Positions 1 through 15,891 of a stretch of DNA of 64,000 nt are shown piece by piece. The stretch lies in NCBI GenBank assembly GCA_964016885.1, contig OZ024758.1:31310001-31374000 (forward strand), given 5' to 3'. The position numbers and the translations under genes were made by a program. This stretch comes from Eledone cirrhosa (lineage: Eukaryota). The notes under the pieces were generated by a model that was not told the DNA's origin, did not search any database, and saw nothing but the letters and a program-made list of their open reading frames with translations. Positions within the stretch are counted from its first letter, which is position 1; each line of letters starts with the position of its first letter.

Positions 1-1335
1 GTTTCGAAAAAACTTGGATCTCAAAGTACAGACGTTTCACTTGGACCCGGAGGGCAGCCTGGTGGTCCTGGACGTGAATGGTAGTGAAGGTGGAGCTCTC
101 AGACAGGTGGCCGTATATGCCCCGACTGGGACATCGCGACCAGAGTTCTTAAAGCGTCTGGAGCCATTCCTGGGAACGTCTCGCTGCTTAGTGTTAGCGG
201 GGGACTGGAATGGCATCTTAGATGCACGATGGGACTATGTAGGAGCCTAAAAATCTCATCAGCCAATTCCAACTAGCTGATAGATATCGACTAGACTTCC
301 CAAGTGCACCATTGTGGACGTGGAGCAACCGTACTGAGTCTTCTAGATCGCATTTATATATATTTTAAATTAGACAGAATGATAAGGAAACATTAAGCTG
401 TCCACAAATGCACATGGTTGCCTATTCAGACCACAAATTAGTCACCTGCAGAGTCAACCTTGATAAAACACATAGACAGGGACCCGGATACTGGAAGCTA
501 AACATGTCGCTCCCGGCGCGTAAGGCCTACAGTAAACGGATTAGCATCTTAGTGCCAGTTGACGGGGGCGATCGTCAACAACAGGTGGTGGAGCTCTCTT
601 AAGAGAGCAATTAGAATAGAATCGATAGCATTTAGCAAGGAAGTAGCTTTAGAAAAAACAAAACTGAAAAGGAACTGGTAGCTAAAGTAGAAGAGGCATT
701 TAGGAATGTCAGTACAGCTGAAGAGCTAGCAGTGAGAACGACACTAGACCAGTTCTTCAACGTGAAACACGAAGGTTGTATTGTCAAAAGTAGAATACGT
801 GCTCTAAGAAACGAGGGAGCCAAAGCTTTTAGCTGGGCCCGAGTAGCAGAGGCAAAAAGTGGCAACAAATCCACAATTCGGTCTTTGCAAGACAAAGATG
901 GACGCATTCTACTTGAATCCAAGCAGATGTGCACGGCCTTCCAGCAGCATTTTGCACAACTGTTCGGGCAAAGCGGTATGGCGAGCGAGGTGATGGACTT
1001 CAGTTCCTACCTCGACAGCGTACCACGACTCTCGAGCACGGATGCAGAGAGCTACGAAAGGCCGATCACAGCGGGCGAAATAGAAGATGCCCTAGGCCGC
1101 TGCGGGAAACGCAAATCACCCGGTTTAGATGGTCTACCCTATGCCGTATGAGTTTTACATAGGCATGCCAAACTTGTTCTCTGGCGTCCTCGAAGCGGTC
1201 TACTGAAACTGGCAGCAAAACGGGAGGATTCCCAGTTCTGTAGGCAGAGGCATAGTAACGTTGATCAGGAAAGATGAGAACAAGGGGGGCGAGATAAGCA
1301 ATTTCATGCCCATAACTCTACTAAACCAGAGTTAA
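1..1335 (+). pseudogene. Decayed L1/Tx1-clade non-LTR retrotransposon ORF2 fragment (APE endonuclease to start of RT)
   Basis: ORF pieces 14-250 (VAVYAP, LAGDWN), 408-602 (SDHK, GPGYWKLN) and 732-1151 (KSPGLDGLPY); NFMPITLLN-like RT domain near 1298-1327; multiple stops and frameshifts. Confidence 0.85.
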
Positions 1336-1344
1336 AGAGTCTTT

Positions 1345-1618
1345 CTGACGTAGACATACAATACAACAGGAGGAACATAATAGTACCACTGATGATGTTG
1401 CCGATGTGCAACGAAAGAAATTTGTTAGACTATATATATGTGTTTATATCTGTATTTTTGACCGTTGGTCAGTCAATGATAAACATTGAGGACCAAATGA
1501 ATTAACTGTGTAGATATAAAAGATACAGAAGCGAAAACCAACCAAACATTGAGTGTGTTCTGTTATTATTTCTGGCAATATTATTACAACAATATGACCC
1601 TCCCCAAGTATAACAATA
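1345..1618 (+). mobile_element. Solo pLTR 3' end of the Neptune-like PLE family N1
   Basis: Homologous to 26295-26595 (gtagacatac...tgaccctccccaagtataacaatat), ends in (TA)n. Confidence 0.8.
1381..1428 (+). ncRNA. Degenerate type I hammerhead ribozyme
   Basis: CTGATGA (1389) - gttgc/gcaac stem II - GAAA (1413); stem I weak. Confidence 0.5.
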
Positions 1619-2255
1619 TATATATAAAGATATATATAGTAATAATAATAAATTTGAAGACTAAAATCCAAAGAGGGCTCGATAAGGATAAATATATATC
1701 AAATATATAAGAACTGTAGAGCAAATATTTATTAAAATAACATATTAAAGTTTAAGAAAAGAATCGCTGCTTTCACCCTTAACGGGATCTTCTGAAACTA
1801 AAAAAAATCAATCTGTGAACGCAGAAGTAAATATTTCGAAAACCGTTGCAACTGAAGGAAGACAAGAAGACGATACTTTGGTTCGTAAAAACGTTCCCTG
1901 GCAATGAACGAAAAAAAACGAAGATAATACATCATTATGTGGTGCGTAGATAACAACTACACGCAAAGACAAAACCACGTTTATGGTATAACTGAAGTCG
2001 TAGACTAAAATTCTATTTAGGAAACCGAATGATTCTGGGCTTCAGAGTTAAGAATAATGTAAATAATTAGAGAGGTAATTGAAATCAACAAAAATTAAAT
2101 ATATACATACAGGCATATGAGAAGCTATCAGAATAAAAACAAATCTAATAAAAAATAAAAAATAAAATGAATCTAATAAAAAAATGAATCTAATAAAAAA
2201 AATATAAATAAAATGAATCTAAGCTAAAATAATATGTTTAGTATAGAAATTTATC

Positions 2256-2355
2256 TTACGTATATATATGCATATATATATATGCATATATATATATGCA
2301 TATATATATATTTATATATATAAAGATATATATATATATATATTTATATATATAA

Positions 2356-2389
<34 letters not shown>

Positions 2390-2415
2390 ATATATATATA
2401 TATATATATATATAA

Positions 2416-2456
<41 letters not shown>

Positions 2457-2507
2457 TATATATATATATATATATATATATAAAGATAGATATATATATA
2501 TATATAA

Positions 2508-2575
<68 letters not shown>

Positions 2576-2623
2576 AAAGATAGATATATATATATATATA
2601 AAGATATATATATATATATATAT

Positions 2624-2677
<54 letters not shown>

Positions 2678-2755
2678 ATATATATATATATAAAGATATA
2701 TATATATAAAGATATATATATAAAGATATATATATAAAGATATATATATATATAA

Positions 2756-2827
<72 letters not shown>

Positions 2828-2922
2828 ATATATATATATAAAGATATATATATATATATATAAAGATATATATATATATATATAAAGATATATATATATA
2901 AAGATATATATATAAAGATATA
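2256..2922. repeat. (TA)n array with recurrent AAAG interruptions
   Basis: Directly visible; the YI-repeat ORFs here are artefacts. Confidence 0.95.
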
Positions 2923-3622
2923 TTATATATTATGGAATACTGTTGGCTTTTCGCTACAATGTTTTCTATACCTTTCATTTATATATTTATACTCGGATTT
3001 CTTTCCTATGAGTGCTTAAATTATTTGTGACTAATCCCGGTATTTTTTATAAAAAACCGCGATAATATTGCTTTTTGCTGAACTCCTTATTGTAGAGTTT
3101 TTTTTCGGAATGTTTTTGACTGTTGTTTCTTGTAAACAAACATTCGTCTCATTCTGACGTCACCAGCCCTGTCTTTCCACATGTGCGTTTTATTTTTCAT
3201 AATCACGCATGACGGTGAACTAGCCTGTTTTTAAATTACCTTTTTGGCATATTAATCTGTGACAATCTTGGTTATCGTGTTGAGCTCTGCTGAGGATCGA
3301 ATTCCAACCGTGACCATCTCCACTGAAAGTTTTCGTAAAATAGTCTTTAAGACTATACAGAGCATTTGAAGTTTTTCCAAATTGAAGGATGAGTATTTTA
3401 AACTTTATTTTATCATGAGTTAAGGCTCTATTGATATTTCCCTGGATTTCACTAAATTCTGTGGATGAATCTATATCCTGATTCTCTTTGAGATGAGTCT
3501 GAATTATTTTTCCCACATCTTACGTTAACTATTTTTCCCATGTTGACGCTATAGTCACTTATATATTATGGAATACTGTTGGCTTTTCGCTACAATGTTT
3601 TCTATACCTTTCATTTATATAT
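2923..3622. mobile_element. Unclassified ~700-bp insertion with ~64-bp direct terminal repeats
   Basis: ttatatattatggaatactgttggc...cctttcatttatatat at 2923-2986 and 3559-3622; TA arrays on both sides. Confidence 0.6.
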
Positions 3623-3705
3623 ACATAAAGATATATATATATATAAAATATTAAAAAAATAATGAATAAAACAATGAAACAGTTCCTTATATTAAACAAA
3701 AAAAG

Positions 3706-3859
3706 TTCATTATTTAACGATCGTTTCTAGGATATATATGTGTTAGAATTGGCATGCATATTCAAAAGATCTATGTACAAAATTATACAAAATTATACAA
3801 ACTATCAAAATTAAATATACATACCAACACATATATATGCCGTCTTCAGAAATAATGAA
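3706..3859 (-). ncRNA. Type I hammerhead ribozyme with ~115-nt stem II insert
   Basis: Minus strand: ttcattattt CTGAAGA ... GAAA cgatcg TT aaataatgaa; 10-bp stem I; 13-bp atatatatgtgtt/aacacatatatat stem II; palindromic stem III. Confidence 0.75.
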
Positions 3860-4079
3860 ATATATTTATTGATAATAACAACAATTCAAAATTACAGGTC
3901 TGTTTGGGAACAGAGTTCAAATTGACCAATGAAAACACAAAAAGTTTATACAGTTAGGTGTGTGTATATATGTAAGTAACTTCGTTCACAGATATGCATA
4001 AAAATATATGTTCACATGCATACGCATGCCGAAAAGATGTATGTAAATACAAAAATTCAAGGCTAATGTCTCTGTATGT

Positions 4080-6230
<2,151 letters not shown>

Positions 6231-6819
6231 TAATAATAGGGGGGAAGGGAGGGAAGGGGGGGGGGAGAAGGGGATTATAGTAAATATAGGTTTCAAGAAA
6301 CATAGAATATTAATCTGCATTTAGATCATAATATGTGTTTACATAGTAGTTTCAGTATTAGGAAATGTAAGAAAGAAGGCAAAATTATGCATTTTAATAT
6401 AAGTAGACTATTAATTATAGGTTAACTAAATTAAAGATAGTTAATATATTGATTTCTAAGGTGTATACTACTTAGGTTTTGTAATATTTGAAGCGGAATT
6501 TTGAAGTTAAATAGTAGTAGAGTATTAATTATAGTATAACTAAATTTAAATTATTAACGTTATGGTATCAATATTAGGAAATGAATTTAGTAATAGGGAA
6601 AAAAACAAATAAAGTATTACATCGGTAGTAGAATATAAATTATAGGTTAACTAAATTAAAAATTATATATTAATTTCTATAGTATATGTTAATTTGGTTT
6701 ATAATAATTAAAACAGATATTGAATTTTATCTATAGTAGAATATAATTATAGGTAAACAGAATTTAAAATTAATACATACACATATATATATATACATAT
6801 ACATATATATATATATATA

Positions 6820-7158
6820 TAATTAAGTTAAAAATGTACATCCACATATGTATACTGAAATACTAGTATGCATATGAATACACACACGTGTACATATGTA
6901 GATGTACCGAGTTTTCACTGGTCACTTTACTGTGAGTGTCCAGCTATTCTGTATGTAAACACACAGACAAACCGGTTCTTAGAGTCATACTGGTTTTTGA
7001 GGAAACACCTTTCCTCTATTCTCCAGAAAGCCAGACAAGGAATATTGGACTAGTTTCGATGTTGTTACATCTCATCAGCAATATTTACCTATCTTCCGGC
7101 CTCTCTAGAGAATCGTGAAAGCACATATCGTTATATGCTTTTTCTATGAAATTATTTG

Positions 7159-7165
<7 letters not shown>
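6820..7165 (-). mobile_element. Partial copy of the ~468-bp HHR-bearing non-autonomous unit (family C), HHR at 7041-7086
   Basis: Reverse-complement homolog of 43675-44450 and 55592-56578; aatattg CTGATGA gatgt..acatc GAAA ctag TC caatatt. Confidence 0.85.
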
Positions 7166-7196
<31 letters not shown>

Positions 7197-7680
7197 TACA
7201 TATACATACATACATATACATATTTTTTCAAAAATTGCAAAGAATATATTAACTAGGTATACATCCAAAACCTATCTCAGTCTATGATTACCAGACACTC
7301 TGCAATCCATCTGTATTAGGATATTAATTTTAAGCCAATTAAATTAAATTTTTAGGTTAAACAAATTTAAAACCAAATTATAAATATATTTCTAAAATGT
7401 ACATTAATTAGGTCTATAATATTAAAAATTATTTCTCTGTCATTGAATACACGATATTTTGTTATATTTTATCTGTAAAGGAATTTTAATAAAAGGTTAA
7501 ATAAATTAAAATTAATCTATAAATTAATTTACGAAGTATATATTAGTAATATTTAAAAGTTTTTCACAATTTATGATTACACAATATTTTATAATCTCAT
7601 CTGTAGTAGAATTTTAATTAAATTAAATTTATAGGTTAACTAACATTTAAATTAAATTATATATTAATTTCTAAAATAAT

Positions 7681-7870
7681 TGTTTCTACTATTGGCACAA
7701 GGCCAGAAATTACCCAGTACATTACTGGTACTTTATTTTATCGACCCCGTAAGGATGAAAGGCAAAGTTAACCTCGGCGGGATTTGAACTCAGAATAGCA
7801 AGGGCCGTAACTCTATGCATCAAAGCATGGCGTCCGACCCTCTACCGATACTGCCAATCCACCGCCACTT
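7681..7870 (-). mobile_element. tRNA-derived SINE with Meta-type central domain
   Basis: Minus strand A box (tggcagtatcgg), B box (gagttcaaatccc), then gcctttcatccttacggggtcgataaaataaagtacc core; 18-bp target-site duplication attaatttctaaaataat at 7663-7680 and 7871-7888. Confidence 0.85.
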
Positions 7871-7892
7871 ATTAATTTCTAAAATAATGTTA

Positions 7893-9018
7893 TTAATTAG
7901 GTTTATAATATTTAAATGTTTTTCTTAGTTTATGATTACACGATATAATTAATTCCTGTCGTTTATTTAATAGGATATCCTTAGATTTCATTATTTCAAA
8001 TAGTTCTTGGGAACATAATCTACATTCATTTCTATTATTTTGATAAGGGGTGGCTCTTTTGAGCACACTCCAGGTCATATCATATTCTATATTCTTATTT
8101 TTATAACTATTGATTTTTTCTGCTAGAGATGTTGTATTAGCCAGTGCGGCATTTTTAAAACTATGTTTGTGGGTATTAAACATTACCTTAAAATTGTTAG
8201 AAGTAGCTCCTATATATGAGCAAATAGAATCTTTAGTTTTAACATTACATTTATAAACTATGTTGTTAACAAGACAATTTCCTTTTAATGGGCAGTTTGC
8301 TTTGTTTCTACAGTTACAACCTTTCGTTAATTCTGTATTTGAGGAGATATTATGGTTAGTTTGATGTATTGGTGGTATACTTATGGTATTCTTACATTTA
8401 TATGCATTATAGGCACTTATATTTTGTTTTATGTTATTTGTTGTTGAGTATGAGAATTTAACTGTAGACCTATTTAAGATTTGATGGTATTTGTGGTTTG
8501 GCGGGAAGTTTTTCTCTAGGATATAAAAAATTTTTTTAGCAATATTATCCTTAATTTGTAAATTAAATGGAGCATTATACCAAGTAACTCGTCTATTACG
8601 GTTTCTATGTTGTTTATTATTTTTATAGGTTGTATCGTGATGTTTACTAGGAGGATTAATGTTAATGATCTCACCACGCACATTTTTAGTTAGATTTGTA
8701 GATTTAGGTGTTTTATCTTGTTTATTAGGAGTTTTATTATTAACATTTATTAGAGTTGTATGATGAGTAGTTTTTTGAGAGTTACTATAGTTTATATTAG
8801 AAGAGTTGTTGGTATTTTGGGGTATAGTGTGGGTGGCATTTAGGTGTGTACTTTTCATTTGGTGTTTGTTGGTAATATTAGGTTGTATGTTTATAGTATT
8901 TTTAGTAGAAGGTATATATTCTAATCTATTTTTGTGGCCACTTCTATCTAGAGCTTCGTTATAGAAGGTCGCATTTTTATCAAATACATCTTGGTTAGAA
9001 GAAAGGTTAGAAATTCAT
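7893..9018 (-). pseudogene. Hydra-like PLE ORF C-terminal part: RT thumb end, N/T-rich linker, CxCx5C motif, GIY-YIG endonuclease
   Basis: WYNAPF..NFPPNHKYHQILNRSTVKFSYSTT, CNCRNKANCPL, IVYKC..YIGAT, CRLC..E, CNH; frame extends upstream of the annotated Met to ~9015. Confidence 0.85.
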
Positions 9019-9079
9019 TAGATTACATTGAGTTCTTCATACGGATTGGACACTACCGTAAACTCTTGGTAGATTTATC

Positions 9080-9117
<38 letters not shown>

Positions 9118-9120
9118 TAT

Positions 9121-11815
9121 AATATAAGATCAAAAGATGGTTAAAGGAGTTCAATATATTTTATTATGCGCATTTCAAAAACAAACATCATCAAACAATA
9201 ATATTTGTGTTTTCATCAGATAAAACAGGAGAACATGATATGAAGGCTAAAAAAACACTTGTTGATAGTGCAGTTTTAAATCAACATATGAAAAGTGGTT
9301 TTAGATTGATGTGTGATATTGGGAAAAATATTTTATTTAGAGAGGGGGGGAGAGAAAAGGATGAAAAGGGAAGGAGATGAGAGGGAGAGATGGGTGATAG
9401 AGAGAAAGAGATAGTTTTTATAACAGAGAGGAGATATATTTTATATAGAGGGGTTGAAAACCGTTGGAAGATACTGTATAAATTAAAAATTTTGAAAATT
9501 AACGAAGGGAGGATATGTGCGAGGAAAAAATATATTATATTTAGGGAGGGGTGGGGGTGGAAAGGATGAAAAAAAGGGGAGGAGATGAGAGTGAATGTGG
9601 AAAGGGAGAGATGGGTGATAGAGAGAAAGAGATAGTTTTTATAACTGAGAAAAAGATATAATGTTTTAATATAGAGAGGTTGGGAACCGTTGGAAGATAA
9701 TGTATAAATTAAAGGAATTTGAAAATTAACGAAGGGAAATTATGTATGGAGATAGAGAGAAAAAAATAACGAAGGGAGATTATGTATGGAGATAGAGAGA
9801 AAAAAATAATAATTGTGGGTGAATATTCTAACGTCAAAAGGAGAAATGTAGGAATTTTAAAATTAGCAAAGAGAAAAAGTTTATGTATAGGATTTGAGAA
9901 AAATAATGTGAAGTTAAAGTTTTTATATTGAATTCATATGTATTAATAATGAGTTCGTTGATGGGGAGAAAAAAATAATAATAAATTAAGGATGAAATTG
10001 AGATTAAAAAGATTTATGATAGAGAGAAAAAATAATAATGATTGCGGATGAATACTCAAAATGTCAAAAACAAATGTTATTGTTTTACGAGGAGATATAA
10101 TGAGGGTGATGAGTAAACGGGTATTATAGAGTGTATAATGCCCTTTAAAGTAAGTTAGATGGGTATATTTTAAAGAATATATGAGTATATATTAAAAAAA
10201 ATATATAATAATAAATTAAGGATGAAATTGAGATTAAAAAGATTTATGATAGAGGGGAAAAAAAAAAAAAAAAAAAAATAATAATAATGATTGCGGATGA
10301 ATATTCAAAATGTCAAAAACAAATGTTATTGTTTTACGAGAAGATAGGATGAGGGAAATGAGTAAACGAGTACTATAGAGTGTATAATGCCCTTTAAAGT
10401 AAGGTAGATGGGTATATTTTAAAGAGGTGTATGTATATGTGCCTTTGAGAAAAGATTCTAAATTGATAAAGAATTGAATATTAACTGTATACTTTGTGAA
10501 AAGTTCTATGGAATTTATGCAGGCAGATGGAAAACAAATCCGAGCGTCTATTTATTATGGATTCTAGGTTAGAGATAATGGTAAATTTTTCATTTAGGCA
10601 GAGATTACAGATTTTAGATAGAGAACTGTTCAAGTACGAGGATGCAGAAGAAATCTTTTTCCAAAAGATGTTATATTTAATGTTTTTGTCTTTTAAGGAC
10701 CATATGAGTTCTGAGAGAGCAGTGTTAGTTCTTTTAAGTTTGTATTTGAAAGATGAATGATGATTAACATTTGTTTTTGACATTTTGAGTATTCATCCGC
10801 AATCATTATTATTTTTTCTCTCTATCATAAATCTTTTTAATCTCAATTTCATCCTTAATTTATTATTATTTTTTTCTCCCCATCAACGAACTCATTATTA
10901 ATACATATGAATTCAATATAAAAACTTTAACTTCACATTATTTTTCTCAAATCCTATACATAAACTTTTTCTCTTTGCTAATTTTAAAATTCCTATATTT
11001 CTCCTTTTGACGTTAGAATATTCACCCACAATTATTATTTTTTTCTCTCTATCTCCATACATAATCTCCCTTCGTTATTTTTTTCTCTCTATCTCCATAC
11101 ATAATTTCCCTTCGTTAATTTTCAAATTCCTTTAATTTATACATTATCTTCCAACGGTTCCCAACCTCTCTATATTAAAACATTATATCTTTTTCTCAGT
11201 TATAAAAACTATCTCTTTCTCTCTATCACCCATCTCTCCCTTTCCACCTTCACTCTCATCTCCTCCCCTTTTTTTCATCCTTTCCACCCCCACCCCTCCC
11301 TAAATATAATATATTTTTTCCTCGCACATATCCTCCCTTCGTTAATTTTCAAAATTTTTAATTTATACAGTATCTTCCAACGGTTTTCAACCCCTCTATA
11401 TAAAATATATCTCCTCTCTGTTATAAAAACTATCTCTTTCTCTCTATCACCCATCTCTCCCTCTCATCTCCTTCCCTTTTCATCCTTTTCTCTCCCCCCC
11501 TCTCTAAATAAAATATTTTTCCCAATATCACACATCAATCTAAAACCACTTTTCATATGTTGATTTAAAACTGCACTATCAACAAGTGTTTTTTTTTTTA
11601 GCCTTCATATCATGTTCTCCTGTTTTATCTGATGAAAACACAAATATTATTGTTTGATGATGTTTGTTTTTGAAATGCGCATAATAAAATATATTGAACT
11701 CCTTTAACCATCTTTTGATCTTATATTATGCATACTCCAGTCCCACAAACTGTAGAGTGCTTCTTATCCGATATCTGCATTGCTTTATTGTACTACAATA
11801 AAACTCACCTCCTAC
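9121..11815. mobile_element. Fold-back PLE derivative, family D: minus-strand 3' end 9121-10770, inverted copy 10772-11728, tail 11729-11815
   Basis: ~950-bp inverted repeat; GIY-YIG C-terminus 10481-10770 (ALSELIWSLK, CNLCLNE, CLH); HHRs at 9158-9226(-) and 11622-11690(+). Confidence 0.9.
11622..11690 (+). ncRNA. Type I hammerhead ribozyme, family D (mirror copy at 9158-9226, minus strand)
   Basis: gttttat CTGATGA [36-nt stem II] GAAA tgcgca TA ataaaat. Confidence 0.8.
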
Positions 11816-11818
11816 ATT

Positions 11819-11869
<51 letters not shown>

Positions 11870-11918
11870 TTATATCTTTATATATATATATATATATTTA
11901 TATATATGTATATATCTT

Positions 11919-11985
<67 letters not shown>

Positions 11986-11996
11986 GTATATATCTT

Positions 11997-12047
<51 letters not shown>

Positions 12048-12098
12048 ATATCTTTATATATATATATATATCTTTATATATATATATATATATATCTT

Positions 12099-12245
<147 letters not shown>

Positions 12246-12259
12246 TTATATATATATAT

Positions 12260-12313
<54 letters not shown>

Positions 12314-12329
12314 TTATATATATATATCT

Positions 12330-13266
12330 TTAAGCAAGATGTATGGTAGGTCGTATGTGAATCGCGATGATCACGTCTGACCTACCAAATATGTGACGGT
12401 AGCTAGTTAAGCTCTATGTGTGTAAGCAGAGCAGAAATGTTAGTGAAAAAGAACAAAGGAACTATTATGACATTATAACAAGTTTATTGCCGACAGCCGT
12501 TTCGTCCGTCCATATGGTGGGACTTTTCAAGGCATATAACATGTGATTGTAAGATCATTATTTACATCAACGTATCACTCAAGACTAGCAGTTTGAAATT
12601 GTGGTATATATCAACAGCTCCGCTTGTATAGTTGGGGTCTATATTCTAAGGGGGCTCTTTTATATTAGTTGTCGGGGTCAGGGATTGAAGGTTAAAAATT
12701 AGATAATATATAATTTACGCATTAAAAGTAAAGATTAAATTAGAAGACTTGGGATCCCGTAGAAGCACCTTAAAAATCCCTCAATAAGTGCATAAAGCTT
12801 ACAGGCTCCAATAAACCTAATAAACTAGGAGAAATTAAGAGGCTAATAAAATAAAAAAAATAAAAATATAGTTTCCCTAAAAATATAAAGTTTGCTAAGA
12901 AATTCCTTCGAGAGAAAGAAATTTTTTTCGAAAGAAAAGAACTTTCTTCCCCCGAGATCACGTTAACAAATTTCAGAAAACTTACGAGGTTTTGATATTC
13001 CCTACTAAGTTGAAAGAAACTAATCAATTAAAGGTTAATTCAAAGAGCCTTCAATAAATCTCTCAGAAAAGGCCCCTTTAATATTTCTAATAGGAGCTTC
13101 CTCCGAGAGACCCTTCGAAGAATTAAAATTTTAGAGAGCCTTTAAGGATATATATAAACGAATTCGTTTATATATATCCTTAAAGGCTCTCTAAAATTTT
13201 AATTCTTCGAAGGGTCTCTCGGAGGAAGCTCCTATTAGAAATATTAAAGGGGCCTTTTCTGAGAGA
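12330..13266 (-). mobile_element. PLE-derived fragment with a variant HHR, ending in a perfect 208-bp palindrome (13059-13266)
   Basis: HHR-like 12488-12534: tgcc TTGAAAA gtcc..ggac GAAA cggctg TC ggca; palindrome centred on GAATTC at 13160-13165. Confidence 0.65.
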
Positions 13267-13568
13267 AACTAGTACATCGTTCCTGTGTCAGTGTTGAACA
13301 AAAAGGTGACGTGGTTGCCTTAACACCGTACGGCATAAATTCAGGCTGTCCATTTGTTTACAAACGGACAAAGCGGGCGTTATAATAAACGTCCGCTAAA
13401 CTGATACGTACATATATATATGTGTACCTGTATGTATATATGTATATATATATATATATATGCATGCTACTATACGTCTGTATACATACATACTTACATT
13501 TAAGTAAGTGCCGTACTAAGAGTGAGAAATGAATTTCCGTTTCATTCTATTACAACTTATATATATAA

Positions 13569-13678
<110 letters not shown>

Positions 13679-13715
13679 ATATTTATATATATATATATAT
13701 ATATATAAAGATATT

Positions 13716-13740
<25 letters not shown>

Positions 13741-13746
<6 letters not shown>

Positions 13747-14213
13747 AATAACGAAACGAAATTAAATTTCGTTTCGCTTCTGACTCACTTTTGTATGACT
13801 GACGCTTAAACAATTAAGTTAAAGTGTACATCTACATATGTATACGGAAGTACTAGTATGCATATAAATACACACATGTATACATATGTACATGTACTGA
13901 GTTTTTCACTAGACACTTTACAGTGAGTGTCCAGCTAGTCTGTATGTAACCACACAGACGGACCGGGTTTTAGAGTCATACGAGTTTTCAAGGAAACACA
14001 TTTCCTCTATTCTCCAGAGAGCCAGACAGGAATATTGGACTAGTTTCGATGTTATTACATCTCATCAGCAATATATACCCATCTTCCGGCTTCTCTAGAG
14101 AATTGTAAAAGCACATATCGTTATATGCTTTTTCTATGAAAATTAGTAGTGGGTAGACTAATTTGCATAGAACGTGAGTCATTGTACGCACCGGTTCAGC
14201 GGAAACGATAAAA
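13741..14213 (-). mobile_element. One complete family C unit with HHR at 14032-14074
   Basis: Reverse complement of the 43675-44450 unit; flanked by (TA)n. Confidence 0.9.
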
Positions 14214-15340
<1,127 letters not shown>

Positions 15341-15341
<1 letters not shown>

Positions 15342-15834
15342 AAAGCACTGGATATGTAATCCTGATGATTTCTAATAAGAATGAAACGCGTAGGTTACTT
15401 CCCTTGCTTTTATCGAGAATGTCAAATTGTAATACGTGACGTATTCTATTCTATAGCGATTGGGTCTTCGAAATGTTTATTATAAACATACAGAATATTT
15501 TCGAATATTCTATGTTTGTCTTCACATATATATCGCTATTTCAGAGCATTATATCCAAATTGTAATTTCTGCCGGACCGGCTACCGCTCTTTCAAACCAG
15601 TTCCTGTACACAGCTAAGTATTCTATAAGTCTCTAGCTGTGTCATTCTCGATAAAAGCACTGGATATGTAATCCTGATGATTTCTAATAAGAATGAAACG
15701 CGTAGGTTACTTCCCTTGCTTTTATCGAGAATCTCAAATTGTAATACGTGACGTATTCTATTCTATGGCGATTGGGTCTTCGAAATGTTTATTATAAACA
15801 TACAGAATATTTTCGAATATTCTATGTTTGTCTT

Positions 15835-15838
<4 letters not shown>
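15341..15838 (+). mobile_element. 1.6 tandem copies of the 312-bp HHR unit (family F, retrozyme-like)
   Basis: gtaatc CTGATGA tttct aata agaat GAAA cgcg TA ggttac at 15356-15398 and 15668-15710. Confidence 0.9.

Positions 15839-15884
<46 letters not shown>

Positions 15885-15891
<7 letters not shown>

Noticed and set aside
1756-1800. Possible HHR on the minus strand (CAGAAGA tccc..gggt GAAA)
   Set aside because: Core mutated and no convincing stem I or NUH
3289-3340. CTGAGGA...GAAA motif
   Set aside because: No stem I or stem II pairing
9121-11728. DNA transposon or MITE with long TIRs
   Set aside because: Arms contain HHRs and GIY-YIG remnants, and arm length varies between copies, which indicates inverted PLE pLTRs
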